Assembly: GCF_001194135.2 (NCBI RefSeq)
Contig: NC_068982.1
Span: forward strand, 41,370,717-41,434,716
Direction of reading: 5' to 3'
DNA from: Octopus bimaculoides
Lineage: Eukaryota
Length of the DNA: 64,000 nt
Part shown: in pieces, positions 25,822 to 36,862 of the stretch
How the letters are laid out: every line of letters begins with the position of its first letter
Numbering within the stretch: the first letter of the stretch is position 1
Program-made: the position numbers and the translations under genes
The notes under the pieces: model-generated
Databases searched by the model: none
Told to the model about the DNA's origin: nothing
Seen by the model: only the letters and a program-made list of their open reading frames with translations

Positions 25822-26361
25822 GTAATCATCTATGCCAAAGTATTTCAAATTTTTTATTTTACCTTCTTAATGATACTGGCACACCCTTTCTTCTTTATAG
25901 CTCTTTTAGAATTTGAATCAAACTGTTTTGATCCATCCATATATATATATATATATATATAGTGTGAGTTTGGATGCATATATTATCCAGGCAGATACCA
26001 TGGTAGCTCTCAGTTGTATTCCAGGTTACACCTAATCACATTAATTAGTATTTAACATCTATGACTACTAGGAATTGTCACTCATGCTGTAAATTCCTCC
26101 GATGGGTAATTCCATGTTTGCTTCATTTGATGGTAATATCATATGGAGCGTATATTAGCAATAATTATAATGATAGGGAATATCCTTAAAATTTATTTCC
26201 TTTTATTTTACAATGTCATACAGCATGTTTTTATGGTTATGACAACGTATACATGTTTGCACAAAGTATGTACAATTGCATATGCAACTGGGCATAATTT
26301 TCTGTGCCACTTTTTTCAGGGTCTTTCAACCAGCAAACTGAATTCAGTTAGTTGTTTATTG

Positions 26362-26364
<3 letters not shown>

Positions 26365-26435
<71 letters not shown>
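26365..26435. repeat. (TA)n microsatellite
   Basis: Directly visible. Other long SSRs: (GCT)/(ACT)n 6608-6654, (GAT)n ~12660-12688, (AAT)n ~29540-29615, (TA)n ~38545-38657, poly-A ~45536-45566, (GA)n ~46260-46294 and ~48420-48452. Confidence 0.95.
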
Positions 26436-26438
<3 letters not shown>

Positions 26439-27299
26439 GGTGTGATGGGTAAATTGTCTTGCATTTTATACTTTTAATTATGTGCCTGTGCTTTGTTTGT
26501 TTTTGATTTTGTCAACTATACAGTAAAGTAGGGTCAGTTGGGTACCGTCTGTGAGAAAAACAGCACCATGACACAATTCACTCTGCCAGAAATTTGGAAA
26601 CAACATGCTGTATTTCTTGGAATTCATGCCAGAAGCTCAATACGAGCATTTCAGAGAGTTTGGGTGTCAATCTGAGGACATGTACTAAGAGTGATAAAAA
26701 TCAAACATCCAGTCAACATCATGGTGTTAAGAGTGATCACTAGTAATGGCGACATTATGCCTCCATTCATCTTCCCACATGGCCTCAGATTCAACACGGA
26801 AGCTTACATCAAGTGCCTGGAGGAGGTAGTGCTGCCCTGGGTCAAAAGGGTGGAGCTGCTGGAAGACCCTATGTCTGGCAACAGGACTGCACTGTAACAC
26901 GCAAGCAGGAGAACCCAGTCATGGCTGTCAAACAATTTCTGCGATCACATCACCCCTAACATCTGGCTACCTAACTCCCCAGACTGCAACCCCGTTGATT
27001 ATTATGTGTGGGGCACAGCTGAGGCCAACAAAACTTGCAACACCAAAGATGAACTGAAGGCAAGGATTATGGCAGCATTCACCAACTTAAACAAGGCGAC
27101 TGTTCAGAAGAGCTGTAGGAGATTCTGAAGTCATGTGGAGGTTGTGGATGAAGCCAATGTCGATTTTATTGAATAAATTTACTCGTTAGTATTTCAAGAT
27201 AATTTTATGTAATTTTGGTAAATATATATGTTAAAATGAGATGTCAGTGTTATTTTCATTTTTGTGTAATTTAGACGACAGTTTATTCACTGCACCCTG
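26436..27299 (+). mobile_element. Decayed Tc1/mariner DNA transposon, maT/mori (DD37D)-like, internally deleted
   Basis: Ends CAGGGTG...CACCCTG flanked by TA. Transposase relic KIKHPVNIMVLRVITSNGDIMPPFIFPHGLRFNTEAYIKCLEEVVLPWVKRV...QQD...WLPNSPDCNPVDYYVWG. The second and third Asp codons are separated by 109 nt (37 codons minus a 2-nt deletion). Confidence 0.88.
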
Positions 27300-27305
27300 T
27301 ATATA

Positions 27306-27840
27306 CAGGGTGGCAATAAAGTCACTATACAGTTACTTACAATAACAATTAAGACAAAGATGGTTAGATGGTTCAATTGACTTTGGATGATTAGATGAGG
27401 ATTCTCTGAAGCCCAGTAAGTGCAATTGTGTCTGTTTACACTTCCAGATAACTTGAATTGTGCTTTGTCAGACCACGCTATCTTATTGAGTAGAGTAGGT
27501 GTAACTTCAAACGATTAATGAAGATTTCGCAGAACTGTAAACGACGATATCCATCATCTTCAATTGATCCATGATTGAGTCATGGTATGTAAGGCTTGTA
27601 GTTTAATTCTTTCAGCATTATCTGAAGCAATCTTCTGTTTATGCCCAACCCCGGAGCACGTCGTCTTGTAAACTTCTCTCATTGGTCAGATTAACTTCTG
27701 ATAAGCTACAATTGTAAACCAACTTTGATGAATTATAAGCTAGTTGTGAACCTGTTTCTGTGTTGTGTGTATTGTTTTGCTTTTTTTCTGATTCAGCTTT
27801 GGTTTTTTATTATAAGTAACAGTGTCGTGACTTTAATGCC

Positions 27841-27846
<6 letters not shown>
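27306..27846 (-). mobile_element. Decayed Tc1/mariner DNA transposon (rosa/maT-like), internally deleted
   Basis: TIRs cagggtggcaataaagtcac / gtgactttaatgccaccct flanked by TA runs. Minus-strand relic RRLLQIMLKELNYKPYIP*LNHGSIEDDGYRRLQFCEIF resembles the L..KPYK...H.L.EDD..RRL.FC transposase segment. Confidence 0.78.
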
Positions 27847-27877
<31 letters not shown>

Positions 27878-28541
27878 NNNNNNNNNNNNNNNNNNNNNNN
27901 NNNNNNNNNNNNNNNNNNNNNNNNNNNNNNNNNNNNNNNNNNNNNNNNNNNNNNNNNNNNNNNNNNNNNNNNNNNNNNNNNNNNNNNNNNNNNNNNNNNN
28001 NNNNNNNNNNNNNNNNNNNNNNNNNNNNNNNNNNNNNNNNNNNNNNNNNNNNNNNNNNNNNNNNNNNNNNNNNNNNNNNNNNNNNNNNNNNNNNNNNNNN
28101 NNNNNNNNNNNNNNNNNNNNNNNNNNNNNNNNNNNNNNNNNNNNNNNNNNNNNNNNNNNNNNNNNNNNNNNNNNNNNNNNNNNNNNNNNNNNNNNNNNNN
28201 NNNNNNNNNNNNNNNNNNNNNNNNNNNNNNNNNNNNNNNNNNNNNNNNNNNNNNNNNNNNNNNNNNNNNNNNNNNNNNNNNNNNNNNNNNNNNNNNNNNN
28301 NNNNNNNNNNNNNNNNNNNNNNNNNNNNNNNNNNNNNNNNNNNNNNNNNNNNNNNNNNNNNNNNNNNNNNNNNNNNNNNNNNNNNNNNNNNNNNNNNNNN
28401 NNNNNNNNNNNNNNNNNNNNNNNNNNNNNNNNNNNNNNNNNNNNNNNNNNNNNNNNNNNNNNNNNNNNNNNNNNNNNNNNNNNNNNNNNNNNNNNNNNNN
28501 NNNNNNNNNNNNNNNNNNNNNNNNNNNNNNNNNNNNNNNNN

Positions 28542-28830
28542 CCTCAAGCCGACCAAAGCCTTGTGAGTGGATTTTGTAGACAGAAACTGAAAGAAGCCCA
28601 TCGTATACATGTATGTGTGTGCATATGTTTGTGTGTCTGTGTTTGTCCCCCCAACATCGCTCGACAACCGATGCTGGTGTGTTTATATCCCCGAAACTTA
28701 GCAGTTCGGCAAAAGAGACTGACAGAATAACTACTAGGCTTACAAAGAATAAGTCCTGGGGTTGATTTGTTTGGCTAAAGGCAGTGCTCCAGCGTGGCCA
28801 CAGTCAAATGACTGAAACAAGTAAAAGAGT
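28542..28830 (+). mobile_element. SINE family A, 3' part (5' part in gap)
   Basis: gccgaccaaagccttgtgagtggatt...gactgaaacaagtaaaagag. Confidence 0.8.
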
Positions 28831-28832
28831 AT

Positions 28833-28863
<31 letters not shown>

Positions 28864-28894
28864 CTCAAGGAAACCTGTATCCTGCAACACCTTG

Positions 28895-29075
28895 ACGTGG
28901 TGTAAAGCACTCATGGCGGTGTTGTAAAACTGCCCATGCGGTGCCATGTAAAAGCTCCCATACAACAACATGTAAAAGCGGCCATGAAGTGACATGTAAA
29001 AGTGCCTGTGCTGTGACACACGAAAGCACCAATGTGACATCACGTAAAAGCACTTGTCAAGTGCCACGTAAAAGT
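28895..29075. repeat. Degenerate ~24-bp tandem array inside a family D element
   Basis: Recurrent (a/c)tgtaaaag(c) motif at roughly regular spacing. Confidence 0.65.
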
Positions 29076-29649
29076 AGCCATCACACTCTGTAAAGTGGTC
29101 AGCATTAGGAAGGGCATCCACCTGTAGAAATCATGCCATCTCAGCCTGGAGTCTGGTGCAGCTCCCCAGCTTGCTAGCTCTGGTCAGACTGTCCAACCCA
29201 TGCCAACATGACAATGGATGTTAAATGATGATGATGATGATGATAATGTGTGTTTGTCTTGGCATTGTGTGATGATTTGTAAATGTGTGCTACCGTCATA
29301 CAAGTGATGTTTGTTTTTAGTATGAAAAATAAATGTCTGGCCATTGGGTAATATTACTCTGGTTGGAAGGTGGTAAGGGTTGGTGACATGAATGGCATCC
29401 AGCCATTGAAAAATCTCCCTCAACAAATTGCATGGAAATGTGGACATTACACAATGACATTAAAATATGGATATTAAACAGTGGCAGCAACAATCATCAT
29501 CATAGTCGTCGTCATCATTGTTGTCCTCCTCCTCATCATAATAATGATAATAATTATAATAATGATAATAATTATAATAATGATAATAATTAAAATAATG
29601 ATAATAATAATAATAAATTCATTTGGGGTTTTGATTTGATTATCTACAG

Positions 29650-29755
29650 GTGAGAATTTTTTTTCTGTTAAAGATCTAGATGTCTTGGATGGACTAAAAG
29701 AAAAGTTAGACGACTGTCTTTCAGTTGACAACATACCACAGCTTGACATTGGCAG
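29650..29755 (+). CDS. SOX30: SoxH/SOX30-like, exon 5
   Basis: Acceptor tctacAG, donor GTgagt at 29756, phase 1-2, translates GENFFSVKDLDVLDGLKEKLDDCLSVDNIPQLDIG. Confidence 0.7.
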
Positions 29756-30282
29756 GTGAGTATTGTGATTCTGATAATTTTTGATAAGGTTTACCATTAT
29801 AATCCTCCAAATTGGATGATGATAATCATTTTTACAGAAATACCATTTTCTTATATAGCACCAAAATTCTTCTACTGATCCCGTAATTAAAGAACCATTA
29901 GACCAGTGATTCTGAGTGCTTGAGGTTATAATACAATTGATGTTGTTCCTCTACTACCTGCTATTACAATAGTGAAACCATCTTTGCAAATTCACAAAAC
30001 ACTCCTCAGGTATATAGTGCTTACACTGCTTACAATAATGAGTAGCACCTGCCTATAATACTAAATCACAGATATGTCTACTGGATTAGCGAGAGTTATG
30101 TATTCTGACTGTTCAGTACCAGTAAATATATATATAAACTGTAGTCTGTTTGACTGGTGAACTTATATTTTGATAATTTGGCCAGTTGGTAAATCTCCTG
30201 ATAAAGAAATATTCCAATTAAAACCTTGGCCAAGAGAGAGTCTTTTCACAGTTTCTCAACATTTGAAAAAGTAAAGCATTAA

Positions 30283-30511
30283 CTCTTTAAACCAGCCATA
30301 TCTAGTCCAAATATTCTACCTGTTTTATGTTCAAACTGGCCGGATCTGGATTCTTGCACCTACACTACAATGTTGTTATAAAAATAAACAATCCCATTAT
30401 AACAAACTCAAAGCTACGAGATAATGCATGTTTTGATAATTCAAAACAATGTAAATTAATAATCATTACATTTGAGTAATCTGAAGTTAAAGTAATTTAA
30501 ATGTTAAAGGG
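30283..30511. mobile_element. piggyBac-type MITE (family 1)
   Basis: TTAA on both sides (30279-30282, 30512-30515); right end TAAAGGG; body similar to 18078-18297. Confidence 0.7.
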
Positions 30512-31478
30512 TTAATAATAGTCAGAAAATTTAGAAGTAAATAAATATTATGTTTTTGTACGGGAATGATAGAATCTCCTTTATCTGACGGTCACGTTTC
30601 AAACTCTTTTGAAGTTTCGAACGACGGAAAACAGGGCTGTTCTTTTGTTACTTGCCAAAACAGACCTTGTTGGTGCCATGTGAAAAGCACCCTATACAAT
30701 CTGTAAAGTGGTTGGTGTTAGGAAGGGCATCCAGTCATAAAACCATAGCAATACACCCCTTGCTGGTGCCACATGAATAGCACCCAATCCAATCTGTGAA
30801 GTGGTTGGTGTTAGGAAAGGCATTAAAAATATGCCAAAACTGACAGTAAAGTCTGGTGCAGTCTTCTGGCTTGCCAGCTCTGGTTAAACCATCCAACCCA
30901 TGCCAGCATGGAAAACAGACGTTAAATGATGAAGAAGAAAATGATGATAAAGATGATGATGATGGACTGTGGCCATGCTGAAGCTCCACTTTCTAAGGGT
31001 AGAGTTCATTACATTAACCCCTAGTACTTATTTTATTGATCCCAGAAGAATAAAAGGTAAAGGGGACATGAATGAGATCTGATTTCAGGACATAACCAAA
31101 TACCATACAATATTTTGTCTATCATCTTTACTGCCATTTTGCTTTTATGAATGACAAAGTTGACTTCTGTGATGTTTGACGTAAAGAGCCAGGATAAGCT
31201 TGCTTAATAAATGTTTCAAATTTTGGCACAAGGTCAGTAATTTCGGGGGAGGAGTAAGTTGATCCCAATACTTGACTGGTACTTATCGATTTTAAAAGAA
31301 CGAAAGGTAAAGTTGACCTTGGTAGAATTTGAACTCAGAGTGTAAAAATGGATGAAATGCTTCTAAAGATTTTGCCTGGCATGCTAATGATTCTGCCAGT
31401 TCACTACCTAAGCTCAATTAATAATCGTTGGTAATTAAGTTTAAGGTTATTAACTTTTCTTCCTTTATTTTTTTACAG

Positions 31479-31578
31479 ATGGATGGCATACTTGAACCAA
31501 CCAGAGCAATTTGATGAACAGACACTAGAGTTGTTTTTTAGTAACTCATCTGATCCAGAATTAACTGATACTTACTAA
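31479..31578 (+). CDS. SOX30: SoxH/SOX30-like, terminal coding exon
   Basis: Strong acceptor tttattttttacAG. The phase-2 start fits exon 5. Translates RWMAYLNQPEQFDEQTLELFFSNSSDPELTDTY then TAA (31576-31578). Confidence 0.7.
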
Positions 31579-31714
31579 GGTTTGATAGGATTGATACCGA
31601 CATTATAGATATTGCATTAAACTGATCAGTTTTAGCAAGCATCAGTAAATCTTTTGCAAAGCTATTCCCATAGTTCATGCTGTTTGATTGACATATCATG
31701 AAGAAACATTTTCA

Positions 31715-31720
31715 AATAAA
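31715..31720 (+). terminator. Candidate polyadenylation signal of the SoxH-like gene
   Basis: AATAAA ~140 nt after the stop codon, followed by a T/GT-rich downstream tract. Confidence 0.45.
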
Positions 31721-32280
31721 TCTTGAAACTATATGTTTATATTATTTTATAATATATTTTTTGTATTATTAGTTATTTATATTATTAGGTGCAGGTGTGG
31801 CTTTGTGGTAAGATGTTTGCTTTTCAACTACATGGTTTCAGGTTCAGTCCCACTGTGTATCACCTTAGGCAGGTGTCTTCTACTAGAGTCCCAGGCTGAC
31901 CAAAGTCTTGTGAACATATTTGATAGGTGGAAACTGAGTGAAGCTTGTATACATATGTGTGTGTATGTATGTTGCTGTCTCCTTGCCTTGAGGTTATATG
32001 ATAGTTGTAAGCCAGTGTCACCATCCTGCAAGTGCTGTCCATTTCCATCTTCTGAGAAATGTCTAGTCATGGGGAGATATTACTTTACTTGGAAACAGGT
32101 GAAGTTTGGCAACAGGATGGGCATCTGGCTACAGAAAATCCACCCCAACAAATTCCATTCGACCCATGCTACCATGTAAAAATGAACGTTAAATGATGAT
32201 GATGATTTCATTACCAACATTAAGGAAAACATAAATTGTAATACAGTCTATTTTGTTGTTCTGTATTTTAGAGATGAGGA

Positions 32281-32469
32281 ATTGCATTGGATGGATATGT
32301 GTCCTCATCTTGTTTGTTGTTACCACAACGTTTCGGCTGATTTACTCTCCAGCCTTCAGGGTTGGGTTCAAAATTCCACCAGGACACCTGATGAAGGCTG
32401 GAGAGTAAATCAGCCAAGACATTGTGGTAACAACAAACAAGATGAGGACACATATCCGTCTAATGTAAA
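32281..32469. repeat. Fold-back of two ~80-bp inverted arms, each a degenerate hammerhead/PLE terminus
   Basis: The left arm 32281-32360 is the reverse complement of the right arm 32387-32469 with few mismatches; 26-nt spacer. Cores: CTGATGA-a-GGCTG..CAGCC-aagac (+) and CTGA---a-GGCTG..CAGCC-GAAAC (-). Confidence 0.8.
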
Positions 32470-32906
32470 TAATTTAGTCTATTTTGTAGTAATTCTGATG
32501 GGAAGATGAGTTTCTTATTCTCTTCATCATAGACAAGAAGAAAACCACTAAGTTAGCCATATCTCGGACCTGAAGGCCAACAATATCCCATACAGTATTA
32601 AGTGGAGTATCAGAATGGTCTGTGCCATACATAATGGGTCAAGGAACTATATACTTTGTATAGTGAAAAGAACTTAATCCTTTTTAAATCTAAGAACCCC
32701 ACCAACCTATTGAATTCTAGCTCTGAAATTTTCACTATACATATATATATATCTTTTACTTGTTTCAGTCATTATACTGTGGCCAAGCTGGGGCACCACC
32801 TTGTGTATATATGTAATTTTTGTTTTTATGTTATAATAAAAACAATTTTACATTAAATTGAAGGATTACTCAATATTTTTTGTAGAGTACAAATTTATTA
32901 TTTTTT

Positions 32907-33032
32907 AACAAGAATAGTATTGACTGTGACTTTGAAGTTTTGGCCAGCTAAGCCATCATTGGACTGTAATTACAATTCGATGATGGCTTAGCTGGTTGAA
33001 ACTTTGAAGTAACTGTCAATACTATTCTTGTT
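32907..33032. repeat. ~126-bp hairpin element
   Basis: 18-bp perfect outer arms aacaagaatagtattgac/gtcaatactattcttgtt, plus inner arms ccagctaagccatca/tgatggcttagctgg. Confidence 0.8.
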
Positions 33033-33055
33033 GAAGAACAATATATATATATATA

Positions 33056-33365
33056 TGTGTAACAATTAGAAAATGGAGGATAATATGCTGAACCCAACTA
33101 CTTGCAGACGGTGTATCCCGTTGAATTCATTAATTTAATTCATAGCAAAACTTCTGTTCATCCTCTAATTCCTTATGTACTTTGTACTTCTATATGTAAA
33201 CCATAGTCTGCCATAGACACCTGTGCTTTGGTTCTTTCTTTCTTTTTCTTTTCTCCCCTTTTTTTGTCACTTTTGCTATGAATTAAATTAATGAATTCAA
33301 CGGGATACACCGTCTGCAAGTAGTTGGGTTCAGCATATTATCCTCCATTTTCTAATTGTTTCACA
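33056..33365. mobile_element. Fold-back/MITE-like element with 90-bp perfect inverted repeats
   Basis: 33061-33150 is the exact reverse complement of 33271-33360 (checked block by block). 120-bp pyrimidine-rich spacer; sits at the end of a (TA)n run. Confidence 0.85.
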
Positions 33366-36015
33366 AATTTTGGGTAAAACCTCCACTTTTACCCGCTCCC
33401 ATTGATTGCACCTAGTATAGCACTAGCGTAGCAATAATTGGGTACCCTCCCAGCAGTATACTGGATAGATACTATCCCTTAGTGGGTTGAACCCCCAACC
33501 CTTAACTCTCTCACGTTTATATATATATATATATATATATACATACATACATGCGTTTGTCTTTCCATTTGTATTCTTGTATTCATTGTTTATGCACTTT
33601 AGTATAAAACAATGTCACCATTTAGATGGAAGTGTTATTGTTTATGTTTGTCATAAAAACTTGTCTAGTCATTGATTAGTTTGTCATGTGAAATATCAAA
33701 AATAATTATGATGATGATGTTCCTTTGCTAAATCTGGATGTTGACCCATTCATTTATACTCACACTAAAGTTATTTTAACCCTTTTGTTACCATATCTCT
33801 GTCGAAATATATTTCCTTTATTACTATTTAATTTTGAAAATAATGAACAATTTAGTAAAATAACACTGAATTTTTAAACTGGTGTTTAAAACATAAATTA
33901 ACATGAAATTTTGATAGGTTTTTAATTTAGATCTCTTTAAAACAGGAAATTTGTATTATAGAGCTGAAGGCAGTTTCTGGCAGGTTGGTATCAAAAAGAT
34001 CAATCTATGAAATGTTAATACATATCAATTTTGTTCTATTATTTGGTCTCTATGTTGTCCATATGGACTTTTGGCAGTTTTAATGGTGATAACTCTTCTA
34101 GTCCTTTTCTAGCATTATAATCACTCAGTATCATCATCATTTAATGTCAGTTTTCCCATGCTTGCATGGGTTCAGATGAAATTTGTTCAGCCAGAATATG
34201 CCCTTCCTGTTGCCAACTCTCACCTGTTTCTAGGAAAGGTAACATTTCCTAATGGCCAGACAAGTTTTTACACAAAGGACTGTAAATGAACAAAATTGCT
34301 TGCATGACAATGATGTTCGTTTACAACCATCACATATCAAGACCAGGGTACACACATATCATCATCCTTTAATGTCTATTTTTCCATGATAGTTTGACCA
34401 GAGCTGACAAGCTGCACCAGGTTTGTCTGATTTAGGTTGGTTTCTATGGCTGGATGCCCTTGCTAATGCCAACCACTTTACAGTGTGTTGGGTGCTTTTT
34501 AAGTGGCACTGGCACAGGTTTCTTGCAGGCCAATCCTCTTCAGCTGGGAGAGTGGCAGACAGGAAAGCTGTGATCAAAAGATCACAGTTTACATGCCTAA
34601 GTAAGAAGCAATTGGGAAAGGTTTCTGTCATTGGACTGTGGCTCTACTGGGGTACCATCTTGAAGGGTTTTTAGCTAAAGAAATTGACCTCGGTACTTAT
34701 TTTAAAGTTTAGTATTTATTCTATCAGTCTCTTTTGCTGAACTGCTAAGTTACAGGGACACAAACAAACCAACACTGGTTGTCAAGTGGTGGTGCGGGAT
34801 AAACAGTCACATACACACATATGATGCTTTCTTCTCATTTCTGCCAACCAAATCCACTCGCAAAACTTTGGATGGTCCAGGATCATAGTAGAAGACACTT
34901 GTCCAAAGTGGCACACAGTGGAACTGAACTCAAAACCATGTAGATGGGAAGCAAGCTTGCCACAAGCCATGCTTGCACCTAACAGAACATTATTTTCAGA
35001 ACTAAGTGATCAGTGAACATAATAATTATTAAAAGAAAAAAAAAACAAAAAACAAAAATGGCTTGTTTCTAGTATTTCATTAATACTTCATTAACAGGTT
35101 GTTAAAGTAAGCAAAAGTCAACCAAAGAAACATGTTAATATGCTCTCTTCTTATCTTTGAAGTATAAATCATTCTGAATGTTGTGGTAAAAATAAATTAT
35201 ATCATTTCTTCTCATCTCCTTAACACTTTTTTCTTCAGTTTAAAGATAAATATAGAGATAGATAGGAAAATGTTTGGCAAAATCTACCTAAAGGTGAAAG
35301 ACCTTTGAAAAAATGTTGATATTAGCTTAATTTAACTTAACTCGTAAGTTAAACATGAAAGAAGAGAGATAAGAAAGAAAAAAAAGAGAGGGGGGTAGTT
35401 AAGCAGCAGAAGGGGAAGTGGGTGATGGGTCACATACCCCAGAACAAATGGATTGTTTATTTGTGCCCCACAGTAATGATTGCAATGGCGTTGCCGGGGA
35501 GAATGGCCAGTGACACTCTACCTTGCAGGACTCATTTCTCTGACAGATTGCAGTTACCTCTCTTTTGCAGAAGAAATCAGTAGTATGGGGTTTGAGAACA
35601 CTTGATGTCTCTAAGGTGACTGACACAAACTGATAGCAACTCTAGTATTTATTGATTTTTTAAATTAAGACTGATTATAAAGAAATTCAATTTACATATG
35701 TAAAGTTGTGTTTTTCCAATAGATAAGAGCAGAGATATAAAAAATGATGTTGATAATACACACATATGTAAATGTTTGTTTTTATGTCAGTAATTTAATA
35801 TTAAACTGAAGAATTATGTTTTTGTATCTGTTTTTCAAGATTCTTTCTGTGAATTTATGTGTTGAAACAAATTTTGTTGTCTGGAGAGTCATACTGCTTT
35901 AATATCTAATACATTCACCGGTTCAATTTCCAATCTTTTTTGTTTTTGTCTTGCAAAAACAACGAAAATTTTTGGAAAACACAAATAAAAAATAAAATAA
36001 AATAAATGAGTCTAT

Positions 36016-36360
36016 AGCGTAGGAGTGGCTGTGTGGTAAGTAGCTTGCTTACGAACCACATGGTTCCAGGTTCAGTCCCACTGCGTGGCACCTTGGGCAA
36101 GTGTCTTCTACTATAGCCTCGGGCCGACCAAAGCCTTGTGAGTGGATTTGGTAGACGGAATATATATGTATGTGTCTGCCCCAACATCGCTTGACAACCG
36201 ATGATGGTGTGTTTATGTCCCTGTAACTTAGCGTTTCGGCAAAAGAGCCCGATAGAATAAGTACTAGGCTTACATAGAATAAGTCCTGGGGTTGATTTGC
36301 TCGACTAAAGGCGGTGCTCCAGCATGGCCACAGTCAAATGACTGAAACAAGTAAAAGAGA
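36016..36360 (+). mobile_element. SINE family A
   Basis: Full head and tail, with a short internal deletion before the microsatellite. Confidence 0.85.
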
Positions 36361-36862
36361 GTGGAAATTGAACTGGTGATTGTGTTAGATATTAAGGTAG
36401 TGTGACTCTCCCCAAACTCAACAAAATTATTTATTACTTTTTGTCAAGTATTTAGTTATTATACTTTTACAAGAGGGGTGAGTGACTCCAAAGGTTCAAC
36501 CTGTTAGATAATCTGACAAAGATTAGCAGGCTGAAACATCAAAGTCACTGTCACCTATTATCATCATCGTTTAATGTCTGTTTTCCATGCTGGCATGAGT
36601 TGAATGGTTTGATAGGAGCTGTCCAGATTCCAATTGATGTTGTGGCATGGTTTCTATGGTTGGATGCTCTTACTAATGCTGGGTGCTTTACACGTGTCAC
36701 TGGCGCATTTACACAGCACTGGCATGAGTATTTTATATGGTACCAGCAACTATAATGGACAAGTGTGTATGTATGGATGACAGCGATTTTATTTAGCTTG
36801 ACATGTCTTATTTTAAATTGTGTAGCTAAGTCAAACTGTTATTGTGTATATATATATATATA

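Noticed and set aside
27725-28667. Long ORFs in the track (also 12112, 15558-16291, 63379)
   Set aside because: They are open only because they run through N gaps and microsatellites.
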